Numbered from the stretch's first letter, positions 40,876-51,108 are shown. The stretch is DNA of 64,000 nucleotides from Candidatus Entotheonellaceae bacterium (GCA_965238075.1 OZ250173.1:1312001-1376000); one strand, 5' to 3'. Notes: generated by a model from the letters alone, not told the origin. Made by a program: numbers and translations.

Positions 40876-41580
40876 ATGTACGCTCGAAGCTACGCGCAGC
40901 CGGTGATACGCGCGGACGCCGGTCTGCGCGCCACGTTCATCCGGCGCACCTACAATCACCTGGCGGGCGCCGTGCTGGCCTTTATTGTGGTGGAAGCGCT
41001 GCTGCTGCAATGGTCCGGGGCGGAGGCGCTCGTCGGCGCCATGCTCGGCGGCTTTTCGTGGCTGATCGTCCTGGCAGCGTTCATGGGGGTGTCCTGGCTG
41101 GCCGAGAAATGGGCACGATCCGACGCCTCGCCGCAGATGCAATACATGGGGCTGGGGCTCTACGTGGTGGCGGAGGCGGTGATCTTCCTGCCCTTGCTCT
41201 ATATTGCGGCCTACTTCAGCTCGCCGGACGTCATCCCGACGGCCGGCATCATCACCGCGCTGCTGTTCGGCGGCCTGACCCCGGTGGCCTTCACCACCGG
41301 GCACGATTTCGCCTTTCTCGGCGGCCTGCTGAAAGTCGGCGGCTTCGTCGCCCTCGGGGTCATCGTGGCGAGCATCTTGTTCGGCTTCAGCCTGGGGCTG
41401 TTTTTCGTCGGCCTGATGATACTGTTCGCGGGCGGCGCAATTCTCTACAACACCTCGAACGTCATGCACCACTACCACACGGATCAACACGTGGCGGCAT
41501 CGCTGGCGCTGTTCGCCTCGGTGGCGTTGCTGTTCTGGTACGTGTTGCAGGCGGTCATGGCCTTCACATCCGATGAATAG
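40876..41580 (+). CDS. Bax inhibitor-1/YccA-family membrane protein
   Basis: FIRRTYNHLAGA, multiple TM segments, ILYNTSNV, ASLALFASVALLFWY. Confidence 0.9.
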   Translation: MYARSYAQPVIRADAGLRATFIRRTYNHLAGAVLAFIVVEALLLQWSGAEALVGAMLGGFSWLIVLAAFMGVSWLAEKWARSDASPQMQYMGLGLYVVAEAVIFLPLLYIAAYFSSPDVIPTAGIITALLFGGLTPVAFTTGHDFAFLGGLLKVGGFVALGVIVASILFGFSLGLFFVGLMILFAGGAILYNTSNVMHHYHTDQHVAASLALFASVALLFWYVLQAVMAFTSDE

Positions 41581-41607
41581 GATAATCCGACGGCAAGAGG
41601 AGAAATT

Positions 41608-42354
41608 ATGCGACTAGCAGGGAAAGTAGCATTGATCAGCGGGGCCGCTGGCGGCATGGGGGCTGAAGAGGCGCGGCTGTTTGCCCGCGAGGGCGCCAAG
41701 GTGGTCATCACGGACGTACTGGAAGCGGAAGGCGGCCAGGTCGAGGCGGAGATTCGCGGCGCCGGCGGCGAGGCGGTGTTCGTGCCCATGGACGTGACCC
41801 GCGAGGCCGACTGGGAGCAGGCGGTGGGCACCGCCGTGCAGCGCTTCGGCAAGCTGGACGTGCTGGTCAACAACGCCGGTCTGAGCAGCACCTCGGTGGA
41901 CGACCCGCTGGAGACGGCGGGCTGGCACCGCATCATGCAGGTGAACACCACCGGCGTGTTCCTGGGCACGCGGTTCGCCATTCCGGCGATGCAGGCCGCG
42001 GGCGGCGGCTCGATCGTCAACATCTCCTCGATCATGGGCTTCGTGGGCGGCGAGTCCGGCCACCCGGCCTACCACGCCTCCAAGGGCGCCGTGCGCATCT
42101 TCACCAAGGCCATCGCCGTGCAGTACGGACCTCAGAACATCCGCGCCAATTCCGTCCACCCCGGCTTCATGCCGCCCATGCGCTCGGCCCGCCAGACCGC
42201 CGAAGACCGGCAGGTCCGCATCGCGGCCACGCCCCTGCGCCGCCTCGGCAAGCTCATCGAGGTGGCCAACGGGGTGCTGTTCCTGGCCTCGGACGAGGCG
42301 TCTTTTATTACGGGCACCGAGTTGGTCATCGACGGCGGCTACATCGCCAGGTAG
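41608..42354 (+). CDS. Short-chain dehydrogenase/reductase
   Basis: ISGAAGGMG, VNNAG, YHASK, NSVHPG, TGTELVIDGG. Confidence 0.95.
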   Translation: MRLAGKVALISGAAGGMGAEEARLFAREGAKVVITDVLEAEGGQVEAEIRGAGGEAVFVPMDVTREADWEQAVGTAVQRFGKLDVLVNNAGLSSTSVDDPLETAGWHRIMQVNTTGVFLGTRFAIPAMQAAGGGSIVNISSIMGFVGGESGHPAYHASKGAVRIFTKAIAVQYGPQNIRANSVHPGFMPPMRSARQTAEDRQVRIAATPLRRLGKLIEVANGVLFLASDEASFITGTELVIDGGYIAR

Positions 42355-42366
42355 TGCCTAGCTGTC

Positions 42367-44175
42367 TCAGGGGCTCCGCAGCGGGTCCCTGAGGCTGCGC
42401 ACGAAGCGGATGAGCTGCCAGCGCTCGGCGTCCGACAGCGTGTGCTCGAAGCCGGGCATCGCCGTTCCCGCCATGCCATACGTCAGCCACCAGAAAATAT
42501 CGCCGTCGGTGTGATCGTCGACGTGGTCCGCCGTCAGGTCGGCGGGGGGCACGGCGAGGGCCGCGGCTGCCGTGCCGTCGCCGCGGCCTGCCGGGCCGTG
42601 GCAGGGAGCGCAGTGCGTGTTGAACAAAGCCGCCCCGCGTTCCACCGTGGCGGGACCTGGCGGCAGCGGGTTTACCACGTAGGACGTGGGATAGGCATCG
42701 ACGAGCACGACGCGCAGACAGAGCGCCGCGCCGCAGGCGAACAGCGCCAGGCCAACGGGAGCCGACCACAGCGGCAGACGGCGGCGCTGGCTGGCCCACA
42801 GCATGAAGACGGCCAGGGCGGTCAGCAGCACGCCAAGCACGCACGAGAAGATGTTCAGCGGGGAAATCATCACGGCAGCCGGCTCGAAGCGGCGCAGGCG
42901 CCCGAGATCGAGCGCCCCGGTGTCGGCGGTAAAGTCCACGGTGGTGCGCAGGGCGGAGGACTCAGGGGGCTGAACGGTCACCTGTACCTGCCAGTCCCCG
43001 GCCATGGATATGAGTCCTGAGGCGGTGTAGCGTCCGGGGCCGACGGGATCGGCGGTCACGTCCGACAGGCCCATGTCGTGATCGACCATGCGCATGTACA
43101 ACGAGACGGTGCTGCCGGACGGCATGGGTTGGCCGTTTCGCGCCGACAGGGTGACGTCAAACGTCACCCGGCCGATGTCGTTCGTCGGCGCCATGGCGAG
43201 GTGCACGTCCAGAGTCCCCATGCGTCGCTGCCACTCTTGGCGCCCGACGTGTCCGGGCCGCTCGGCGGGCGTGTAGGTGGTGAGCACACCGGCCAACACC
43301 ATGCCGCACAGAATGAGGCCGGCCTCGATCTGCACCAGGATCTGCAAGCGCCGCAGCACCTGCGCGGCTCCGTCGGGCACAAAGCGCCGCGCCTGCCGGG
43401 TCAGCGCCGGACCGATGGCCAGGAGGTGTGCGCTGGCGATGCCCAGGGCAAGCACGAAGGCGATCAGTTTGCCCAGCAGGGCGCGCCCGTAGGGGGTGAT
43501 GGTGAGCGCTTCGGGTCCGTAAACGTGCAGGAAGGTGGCGACGGCGCCCGTGGTGGCCAAGGCCAGCGTGGCGCCGAGCGCCAAAGCCGAAAAGCGCCGC
43601 ACCAGGCGGCCAATGGGGCGTGTGTGGCGGGTGAGGTCGCCGCGCAGCAGACGCCAAGGCAGGGCGGCAAAGCACAGCAAGCCGCCCCCCCAGGTCACGG
43701 CTGCCAGGACGTGCACGATGTCGCTGCAGAAGGGGATGACATCCGGACGGGCGGCGGCGTGACTGGTAAGGCTGACCGCGGCCACGAGCGTCAGCCCGAC
43801 GACGCCCGTGCCCACCCCCCCGGTTTTGGAGGTCCGGTGTTGCGTCAGCACGAACAGGACGGCGAACACCGGCGCCAGAACCGCCTTGATCAGGCTCATC
43901 TGTCCATAGCGCGATGCTGTCAGGAACAGCCACACGTCCGCCGGCACGGATACATCGACCACTTCGCCCGCCGCCCGTACCGCTTCCGCAAGCCCGGACA
44001 GCGCGAACAGGATGGCGCCGGCGATGACCCCGAATCGGATGCGCTTCGCCGCTCGCGCGGAGGCGGCATCGTCAGCGTCGCCGTATACCGGCCGCCACAC
44101 CGCCAGCCAGAACACCACGCCGCCGCCCAACGCCATGAACGCGGTAAAATGAACGGCTTTCAGAACGGCATACAT
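42367..44175 (-). CDS. CopD-like membrane protein fused to YtkA/FixH-like and cytochrome c domains
   Basis: LTSHAAA, HVLAAVTWGGGL, RFS, YGRALLGK; MVDHDMG..SMAGDWQV; CAPCHG, HTDGDIFWW, AMPGF. Confidence 0.88.
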   Translation of the reverse strand: MYAVLKAVHFTAFMALGGGVVFWLAVWRPVYGDADDAASARAAKRIRFGVIAGAILFALSGLAEAVRAAGEVVDVSVPADVWLFLTASRYGQMSLIKAVLAPVFAVLFVLTQHRTSKTGGVGTGVVGLTLVAAVSLTSHAAARPDVIPFCSDIVHVLAAVTWGGGLLCFAALPWRLLRGDLTRHTRPIGRLVRRFSALALGATLALATTGAVATFLHVYGPEALTITPYGRALLGKLIAFVLALGIASAHLLAIGPALTRQARRFVPDGAAQVLRRLQILVQIEAGLILCGMVLAGVLTTYTPAERPGHVGRQEWQRRMGTLDVHLAMAPTNDIGRVTFDVTLSARNGQPMPSGSTVSLYMRMVDHDMGLSDVTADPVGPGRYTASGLISMAGDWQVQVTVQPPESSALRTTVDFTADTGALDLGRLRRFEPAAVMISPLNIFSCVLGVLLTALAVFMLWASQRRRLPLWSAPVGLALFACGAALCLRVVLVDAYPTSYVVNPLPPGPATVERGAALFNTHCAPCHGPAGRGDGTAAAALAVPPADLTADHVDDHTDGDIFWWLTYGMAGTAMPGFEHTLSDAERWQLIRFVRSLRDPLRSP

Positions 44176-44443
44176 GACTGGATTGCACCGGGGACTGCGG
44201 GGATTGGTTTCACGACGGATTCGACCAACCGCCGACGCTACCGGCTCCCCCCAGTCCTGTCAAGCGTGGGCCGTAGGTGCAATAATATATCCTGCGCGCC
44301 GCGGACAAATTGACCTTCCCAAGCCCCTCCCAGAGAGAAGGGCTTTACGCACGGCAACCAGGTACAATCAGGGAATCGAGACCCAGATCACCGCGCAGGG
44401 CCTCTAGCCATACGAGCGAGGGTAGCGAGAGGAAGGCAGACCC

Positions 44444-45733
44444 ATGGCGAAAATTGAGGGGATCAGGTTCAAGAACTACCGGGTACTGCGGGATGTGACG
44501 CTTGGGAAACTATGGAACACGCAGCATGCCCAGCCATTAACGCCATTGACGGCAGTAATTGGAAAAAATGGAGTTGGCAAGAGTTCTCTGTTCGATGCCT
44601 TTGGCTTCCTTGCGGATTGCCTAAAACTTGGCGCGGAAGAGGCGTGCGATACGCGAGGACGCGGAGGCTTCGATCGCATCCGCTCTCAAGGCAGCGACAA
44701 CCCGATTGAATTCGAGGTCTATTACAGGGAAGAGAGCAAGGCCCGGCCCATTACGTACGAGCTCGCTATCGATCAGGACGCTTCGGGGCGTCCCTACGTT
44801 TCACGCGAACGTCTTCGCCAGCGCCGTACAAGACAAAGCCGCGGCCGGCCCTTCTCGTTTCTGATGATGGAAGATGCCAGGGGCGTGGTATGGCGAGGCG
44901 AAGCACCGGGACAGCAGATTGACGAGGGCGACTTCAGGACGCTGCTTGACTTGATCCTGAAATCGGAAGACTCGGAAGACGAAGAAAGTGCCGAACGGGA
45001 AGTTATTGAGCTTCAGGATAAGCGCAAGCTCGGCATCGCGACACTTGGAGCCTTGAAGCAGCATCCCAGAATATCGTCTTTTCGCCAGTTTATCGAAGGA
45101 TGGTACCTGAGCTACTTTACCCCGGACGCTGCCCGCAGTCTGCCGTTGGCTGGCCCTCAACGGCACCTGAATGTCCACGGGGATAACCTTGGCAACGTCG
45201 TTCAGTTCATGGAGCGCGAATATCCGGACAGATTCGGACGCATCCTGAATGAGATTGCAGAGAAGGTCCCCGGCATCGCCCGCATTGATACGGAACGGAC
45301 TGCGGATGGTCGATTGCTTCTCCGATTCAACGACAGGGGTTTCGATGACCCCTTCTACGCGCAGCAGATGTCCGATGGTACGTTGAAGGTCTTTGCCTAC
45401 CTGCTCATGCTGGAGGACCCGCAGCCGCCGCCATTCATTTGTATCGAGGAACCGGAGAACGGCCTTTATCACAAATTGCTGGAGGTTTTGGCCAACGAGT
45501 TCCGCCGCCACGCCGCCACGCACAGAAGGAACGCGCCGCAGGTTTTCGTCACGACGCACCAGCCCTATTTCGTCAACGCACTCGAACCCGAAGAGACATG
45601 GGTTCTGGAGAAGGAGGCGGACGGTTTCTCCACCATTCGCAGAGCCAGCGACGACGAAACCGTCAAAGCCATGTGGGGCGAGGGGTTGCCGCTCGGCGGT
45701 CTCTGGTACAGTGATTATCTGGACCGGGGGTAG
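44444..45733 (+). CDS. ABC-type (AAA_21/AAA_15) ATPase
   Basis: GKNGVGKS, signature MSDGT, Walker B IEEPENGL, VTTHQP. Confidence 0.92.
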   Translation: MAKIEGIRFKNYRVLRDVTLGKLWNTQHAQPLTPLTAVIGKNGVGKSSLFDAFGFLADCLKLGAEEACDTRGRGGFDRIRSQGSDNPIEFEVYYREESKARPITYELAIDQDASGRPYVSRERLRQRRTRQSRGRPFSFLMMEDARGVVWRGEAPGQQIDEGDFRTLLDLILKSEDSEDEESAEREVIELQDKRKLGIATLGALKQHPRISSFRQFIEGWYLSYFTPDAARSLPLAGPQRHLNVHGDNLGNVVQFMEREYPDRFGRILNEIAEKVPGIARIDTERTADGRLLLRFNDRGFDDPFYAQQMSDGTLKVFAYLLMLEDPQPPPFICIEEPENGLYHKLLEVLANEFRRHAATHRRNAPQVFVTTHQPYFVNALEPEETWVLEKEADGFSTIRRASDDETVKAMWGEGLPLGGLWYSDYLDRG

Positions 45734-45735
45734 GG

Positions 45736-46389
45736 GTGCATTTTGAAGTGTTGATCGAAGACCAATCCGGAAGAACGGCGCTCGAAGTCATTTTGGAGAA
45801 GATTCTCGGCGCCAACGCTGTGGAACATTCCTGGCGGATTCACCCTTACAGGGGTGCTGGCCACATACCAAAGAACTTGCGTGGTGTCACCGACCCACGT
45901 AGACGGATACTCCTGGATCGATTACCGAGTCTGTTACGCGGATACGGGAAGAGCCTTCGAGATCCCTCCGCGGTTGTCGTGATCGCGGACTTGGACAACA
46001 GGGATTGCATGGCGTTCAAGCAGGAATTACTCAACCTCTTGAAGACGTGCGACCCGTGTCCGAGAGCGCTGTTCCGAATCGCCAACGAGGAGAGTGAGGC
46101 GTGGCTACTGGGAGACCGGGATGCGGTGAAGACAGCCTATCCCAGGGCAAAGAATGCGGTTCTGGATAATTATGTACAGGACAATATATGCGGCACCTGG
46201 GAAATTCTCGCGGACGCCATCCATCCGGGCGGAGCCTCAAGGCTCAAGAGACTGGGCTACCGTGAGGCAGGGGAGGCGAAACGTCAATGGGCTGAGGAAA
46301 TCGCTCCCCGCATGAACGTGGACAGAAACCAATCCGTGAGCTTTCGAGTGTTTCGAGATGGGTTGAGGGCTCTTGCGCGTATCAAGTGA
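45736..46389 (+). CDS. DUF4276-like (TOPRIM-like) partner protein
   Basis: FEVLIEDQSG, VVIADLDNRDC, IANEESEAWLLGD, NQSVSF. Confidence 0.75.
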   Translation: MHFEVLIEDQSGRTALEVILEKILGANAVEHSWRIHPYRGAGHIPKNLRGVTDPRRRILLDRLPSLLRGYGKSLRDPSAVVVIADLDNRDCMAFKQELLNLLKTCDPCPRALFRIANEESEAWLLGDRDAVKTAYPRAKNAVLDNYVQDNICGTWEILADAIHPGGASRLKRLGYREAGEAKRQWAEEIAPRMNVDRNQSVSFRVFRDGLRALARIK

Positions 46390-46457
46390 ACGGCGCCGAG
46401 GTGAAGCCGACGCCACGATGGACAGTAGTCTCGCAAAGAAGGACCCGCCGAAACCCT

Positions 46458-47042
46458 ATGACCCGCTTCCTGAAGTACCTGTTTCCCGCATTCAGTATCG
46501 CGCTCAGCCTCGCCCTTGCCGGCTGCGGCACGGCCTCCGATTCGAATGATGACGCCAGCCCCACCGGCAGCCTGGAAATCCACCTCACGGATCACCGTGA
46601 GGCCATCGGCGATTTCGCCCGCCTCGAGGTGGAAATCGACACGGTGCGGCTGCACCCCAAGCGTCTCCTGTCGCTGCGCAAGTCCGACTGGCTCGACCTA
46701 CAGCCTGACGTGGCCAGCGTCGACCTGACGCAAGTCACCGAAAAGCGCACTGTCGCCATCTGGCGCGGCGAGTTGCCGACCGGGCGCTTCGAAGCCCTCC
46801 ACCTCAAGCTCAAGCGCGCCGACGGCGAGCTTAAAGAGTCAGCCGGAGCCACTCCGGTGACCGACGAGGCGCGGCCCATTCGCCTGCCGTTCGACATCCG
46901 CACGAACGACGTTACCCGCATCGTCGTCGATCTCGTCGTCCTCGACATGAGCGACCACCCGAAGCGCGGCTACGAGGTGCACGTGCGCGGCTACGAGCTT
47001 TACTACAACGACGCCCTGGCCGATAAGGTGCCACCGGGCTAA
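46458..47042 (+). CDS. DUF4382-like lipoprotein
   Basis: LAGC lipobox, GSLEIHLTD, VDLTQV, LPTGRF, RIVVDL. Confidence 0.7.
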   Translation: MTRFLKYLFPAFSIALSLALAGCGTASDSNDDASPTGSLEIHLTDHREAIGDFARLEVEIDTVRLHPKRLLSLRKSDWLDLQPDVASVDLTQVTEKRTVAIWRGELPTGRFEALHLKLKRADGELKESAGATPVTDEARPIRLPFDIRTNDVTRIVVDLVVLDMSDHPKRGYEVHVRGYELYYNDALADKVPPG

Positions 47043-47070
47043 ACCGTCAACCGCTGCCGTGGAGACCGGG

Positions 47071-47694
47071 ATGCAGCGTCTTTGGGCCCCCTTGCTTGTG
47101 ATCGTCGTCGGCGCGGTGAGCGTTTTCCTGTGGGCGGGTCTGGTCCGCTTTGCCCGGCAGGCGCCCGCGCTGGAGCCGCTTGGCACGCTGCCGGCCTTTG
47201 ACCTGATCGAGCGCCGTCAAGCACCGTTGCGCCTCGACGACCTGCGCGGCAAGGTGTGGGTGGCGAACTTCATGTACACGTCGTGCGTCGAGGTGTGCCC
47301 GCTGCAGAGCGCCGAGATGGCGCGTTTGCAGACGGCGTTTGCCGACCACGCGGACCTCCGCCTGGTGTCGATCAGCGTCGATCCCGAGCGCGACACCCCC
47401 GCGGTGCTGACGGCCTACGCCGAGAACTTTCGGGCTGACCCCGAGCGCTGGTTCTTCGCCACCGGCGAACCGGACGCCGTCGCCCGCCTGGCGCAGGAGG
47501 GCTTCCGGCTGAGCGCCGCGTCGTACGTGTCCGGGGAAGACGGCGAGGACTACGCGTTTATTCACAGCAACCGCTTCGTTCTGGTCGACCGCCAGGGCCG
47601 CATTCGCGGCTATTATCGAAGCACGGACCCCGACGACCTGGCACGGCTGCGGCGTGACCTGACGGTGCTGCTGCAGCAGGTCGCCGCGTCATGA
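47071..47694 (+). CDS. SCO1/SenC copper chaperone
   Basis: YTSCVEVCP (CxxxC), SISVDPERDTP, HSNRFVLVD. Confidence 0.95.
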   Translation: MQRLWAPLLVIVVGAVSVFLWAGLVRFARQAPALEPLGTLPAFDLIERRQAPLRLDDLRGKVWVANFMYTSCVEVCPLQSAEMARLQTAFADHADLRLVSISVDPERDTPAVLTAYAENFRADPERWFFATGEPDAVARLAQEGFRLSAASYVSGEDGEDYAFIHSNRFVLVDRQGRIRGYYRSTDPDDLARLRRDLTVLLQQVAAS

Positions 47695-47727
47695 GCCGCC
47701 GCTTTCAGGCGGCGATGAGGAGATGCG

Positions 47728-48237
47728 ATGCAAGCTGAGGAGTTGCGTGTCATGCAGGCGCCATTCAAACAACGCTACCGCGAGGCGCCCGAGTCGGCGC
47801 TGATTACGCTGTCGGCGCGCGGCAGCCTGGACGACGGCCTGACGTGCTCGGTGGAAACGGGCAAGGCCCTGGTGCAGGCCGGCTTGCATCCCGCCACCGG
47901 CGGCGACGGTTTATCGGCGTGCTCCGGCGACATGCTGTTGCAGGCGTTGGTCGCCTGTGCCGGCGTCACCCTGCGGGCGGTGGCTACGGCGCTTGGTGTG
48001 ACGCTGCACGGTGGTACGCTGGTGGCTGAAGGAGAGTTGGACTTTCGCGGCACCTTGGGCGTGAGCAAGGAAGCGCCGGTGGGATTTTCCAATATCCGGC
48101 TGAACCTCGACCTCGACACGGATGCCACGCCGGAGCAGCTACGCGGCCTGCTGTCGCTGACCGAGCGGTACTGCGTGGTGTATCAGACGCTGCGCAGCCA
48201 GCCGGACGTGGCCGTCAATCTCGTCAATCCTGCCTGA
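47728..48237 (+). CDS. OsmC/Ohr-family protein
   Basis: AGLHPATGG, CSGDMLLQALVAC, GELDFRGTLG, TERYCVV. Confidence 0.92.
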   Translation: MQAEELRVMQAPFKQRYREAPESALITLSARGSLDDGLTCSVETGKALVQAGLHPATGGDGLSACSGDMLLQALVACAGVTLRAVATALGVTLHGGTLVAEGELDFRGTLGVSKEAPVGFSNIRLNLDLDTDATPEQLRGLLSLTERYCVVYQTLRSQPDVAVNLVNPA

Positions 48238-48242
48238 AACGC

Positions 48243-48278
48243 AAGCAGGGGAGCGGCCTGAACGCCGTTCCCCTGCTT
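48243..48278. terminator. Probable bidirectional intrinsic terminator
   Basis: AAGCAGGGGAGCGGC-N6-GCCGTTCCCCTGCTT between convergent genes. Confidence 0.65.
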
Positions 48279-48339
48279 TATATCCTGCTGAATGTCGGAT
48301 CACACTGCTTCAATCCGACCTACATCCATCCAAAATGCC

Positions 48340-49233
48340 CTACGCCACGGTCACCTTTGACAGGCCGAGTTCGGCGATGCGGTTGAGCACGGTCTCGCGC
48401 TCCGCGTCGGTGAGCGGCAGGCCGGGCGGCCGCGGGTCGCCGCAGTCGATGCCGAGACGCTCGCTGAGCACGGCCTTGATGGTGCTGTGCAGGCCGTACG
48501 TGCGCACGATGTTGGTGACGTCGGTGGCGTGGTCCTGTGCCGCCTCGGCACGTTTCCAGTCGCCGTCCTGGTACGCCTGCCAGACTTCGACCCACAATTC
48601 GGGCGCCATGTTGGGCGGGCCGTCCACGCAGCCGCAGGCGCCGACGGTGAGGCCGGGCAGCATGAGGGCGCTGTTGCCGACGAAGCAGGCGAGGCCCATC
48701 TTGGCGAATTCGCGCACGTTGGTGAAGGTGAGGGCGGAATGCTTCAGGCCAGTGAGTTGCGGCACACCGTCCTGAATCCTCTTCATCAGGTCGGGCATGA
48801 TTTCGGTGCCGGTGGCTTGCGGCAGGTTGTAGACGAACAGCGGCAGGTCGGCGGCCGCGCCCACGACGCGGTAGTGTTCGACGATGGCTTCATCGCTGGG
48901 TTTGTAGAAAAAGGGCGGCACGCAGCAGATGGCTTCGACGCCGGCGCGGGCGGCGTGCTCGGCGAGGCGTGCGGCGCGGCCAGTGGTGCTGGCGCCCACG
49001 TGCATGATGTTGGCGATGCGGCCCTGGGACTGGTCGGCGGCGATAGTGGCGATGCGCATATTCTCGTCGTCGTCCAGCAGCACGCTCTCACCCGTGCCGC
49101 CCGCCACCCAGAAGCCGTGCACGCCAGCCTGGATGTTGAATTCCATCACTTCCCGAAAGGCCGCTTCGTTTAGCGCCCCTTCCGGGGTCATAGGGGTGAT
49201 AATGGCAGGGAACACCCCGCGAAACTTCGTCAT
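48340..49233 (-). CDS. Dihydrodipicolinate synthase/N-acetylneuraminate lyase family protein
   Basis: GVFPAIITP, GGTGE, PPFF, YNLP, GLKHS. Confidence 0.93.
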   Translation of the reverse strand: MTKFRGVFPAIITPMTPEGALNEAAFREVMEFNIQAGVHGFWVAGGTGESVLLDDDENMRIATIAADQSQGRIANIMHVGASTTGRAARLAEHAARAGVEAICCVPPFFYKPSDEAIVEHYRVVGAAADLPLFVYNLPQATGTEIMPDLMKRIQDGVPQLTGLKHSALTFTNVREFAKMGLACFVGNSALMLPGLTVGACGCVDGPPNMAPELWVEVWQAYQDGDWKRAEAAQDHATDVTNIVRTYGLHSTIKAVLSERLGIDCGDPRPPGLPLTDAERETVLNRIAELGLSKVTVA

Positions 49234-49357
49234 GAGTACGTCTCCCTCGCCCGGCTGTTCGGGCGCTATGTCGTGGTGTGAAGCCATCAAAATACGGTTG
49301 TCGTGGCTTTGCAAACCTTAGCATACCGGGGTGCGGCTATCCACAGCGGCGCGGCGG

Positions 49358-49801
49358 TCAGCCGTACACGACCACCCGTTCGGACAGCGCGTCGAGCGAC
49401 GAGAAGTCACGGCCATGCGTGACCACGCCGATACTTGAGGTTTCCAGCGCGGTGGCAACCTGCACGGCGTCCGGCAGGCGCAGCCTGGAGCGCGCACGAA
49501 TCCGAGCGGCGCGATGCGCAATGGCAGCGGTTAGCTCCACCAAGCGCCAAGTGGGTGGGGTCGTCAGGACGTCACGATAACGCTCCGCCAAGCGTTCATT
49601 GCCGGTGCGAAGCGGGCCGGTAAGCACCTCGGCCAGCGTGAGCGCCGAGATTACCAATTCGCGGCCGCCGGCCTCGGCGCGCTCGAAGAACGGCGCGAAA
49701 CGCGGTGCGAATACGGCGTCATCCTCCAGCAGATAGATGATCGGCGCACTGTCCACCACGACCCGACCACGCGGCAGTTCGCTGATATCCGTCAACGCCA
49801 T
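49358..49801 (-). CDS. PIN-domain (VapC-like) toxin
   Basis: VVVDSAPIIYLLE, SALTLAEVL, LRLPDAVQVATA, VVTHGRDF (Gly where an Asp is usual). Confidence 0.85.
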   Translation of the reverse strand: MALTDISELPRGRVVVDSAPIIYLLEDDAVFAPRFAPFFERAEAGGRELVISALTLAEVLTGPLRTGNERLAERYRDVLTTPPTWRLVELTAAIAHRAARIRARSRLRLPDAVQVATALETSSIGVVTHGRDFSSLDALSERVVVYG

Positions 49802-50040
49802 TCGTCGCGGAGTCCTTCGACAAAGCGCCGAGCGTCACCGAAACAGCCCCCGGCAGAGCCGCGCAGATCCGACAGCTTTGGCGCTTCCCGAATGGCGTGC
49901 GACACGGGCACAACGGCAGCGTACGGCATGCCGCGCTTGGTAACGATGGTCACAGTGCCTTCTTGATGCGCCGACCTCAAGATCGACGGCAGCTTGGCCC
50001 GAGCCTCTTCAACCCCGGCAACCTGCACTTTGTCCGTCAT
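49792..50040 (-). CDS. Phd/YefM-family antitoxin
   Basis: GVEEARAKLPSIL..TIVTKRGMPYAAVVP; overlaps the toxin start; operator palindrome TGTACGG-T-CCGTACA at 50058-50072. Confidence 0.85.
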   Translation of the reverse strand: MTDKVQVAGVEEARAKLPSILRSAHQEGTVTIVTKRGMPYAAVVPVSHAIREAPKLSDLRGSAGGCFGDARRFVEGLRDEWR

Positions 50041-50120
50041 AAATGGCCTCCTCAAACTGTACGGTCCGTACATAATAAGCTGACCGAAAAGCGAGTGCAA
50101 TCAGAACGCATGGCAATTCC

Positions 50121-50796
50121 TCAGCTTGCCCCGGGCGACCGCCGCCTGACGGCGTCGTACCGCTTCCAATCCGGGACGTGCGCCGTCATCAGCGATTTGA
50201 ACAGCCTGCCGTGGTTGGCCACCCGCAGGTGCAGCAGTTCGTGCGCGATAACGAAGTCCTGAAAGCCGGGCATGAAGCGGCGCGAGGCGTTCCAGGTGAC
50301 CCCGTACCAGTAATCGAGGAGATGGGTGACGTTGAACAACTGGGCCGCGGCGATCAGCTCGGGCGTCTGTTGCTCGTAGCGCCGCAGTTGGGTGATGCCC
50401 CGCTCGATGGCGTCGCGGTCCGTCGGCTTTTTGTGCTCGACGATGGCGACCGGCACGCCGTTGGCGACGAACATGACGTCTGCCCGGTTGCGCTGGCGCG
50501 CCGGGGGCTTGGCCGTCCACTCCCAGGTGACGTGTAAGGCGTTGGCGCTCGGTGTGTCGAAGTCGATGAGCCGGACGGCGTGGCGGCGTTGTTCGGCTTC
50601 GTCATACCCCTGCCGCTCAATCGTGGAGCGGACGGCGTCATCAGCCATCGAGGGGTTGAAGCGGCGGAGTGCCGCCTCCAGTTCGCCGCGAAACAGCATG
50701 CCGTTCGTGCCGCCGCGCCGGGCCAGCGCCTCTTGCGGCGTGGCGCACCATCGGAAACTGGGCGGTGCCCGCTTCGGTGATGCCGGGTTCAGTCAT
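50121..50796 (-). pseudogene. hsdR: Type I HsdR N-terminal remnant fused by deletion to a YgjP/M48 metalloprotease C-terminus
   Basis: [25 protein letters not shown] then [19 protein letters not shown]; helicase domains absent. Confidence 0.8.
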
Positions 50797-50809
50797 GACG
50801 GCGCTCCGC

Positions 50810-50851
50810 TTGACCTGTTTTCGGATTAGTCATAGTGTTAGCTAACACTAT
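50810..50851 (+). promoter_or_regulatory. TA promoter and palindromic operator
   Basis: TTGACC-17-TAGTGT, overlapped by the perfect 20-bp palindrome ATAGTGTTAGCTAACACTAT (50832-50851). Confidence 0.7.
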
Positions 50852-50871
50852 TCTCAACTAAGGAGTCGGCA

Positions 50872-51105
50872 ATGGTAACGGTGAACATCCATGAGGCAAA
50901 GACCAACTTGTCGCGCCTGCTGGCGAAAGTCGAGGCCGGGGAAGATGTCGTCATCGCCCGCAACGGCACGCCGGTAGCACGGCTTGTGCCTGTACAAAGG
51001 CCGGGCAAACGGCAATTCGGCTCCATGAAAGGCCGGATCAAACTCGACGACAGCTTCTTTGATCCGCTGCCGGAAGAGGAATTGGCTGCTTGGGAGGGCA
51101 ATTGA
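50872..51105 (+). CDS. Phd/YefM-family antitoxin
   Basis: VNIHEAKTNLSRLL..GEDVVIARNGTPVARLVP. Confidence 0.93.
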   Translation: MVTVNIHEAKTNLSRLLAKVEAGEDVVIARNGTPVARLVPVQRPGKRQFGSMKGRIKLDDSFFDPLPEEELAAWEGN

Positions 51106-51108
51106 GCG

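Noticed and set aside
11733-44313. Long antisense or alternate-frame ORFs (e.g. 12589-14388, 17047-18861, 28758-30143, 35227-37368, 43078-44313)
   Set aside because: Shadow ORFs of GC-rich genes with no recognisable motifs
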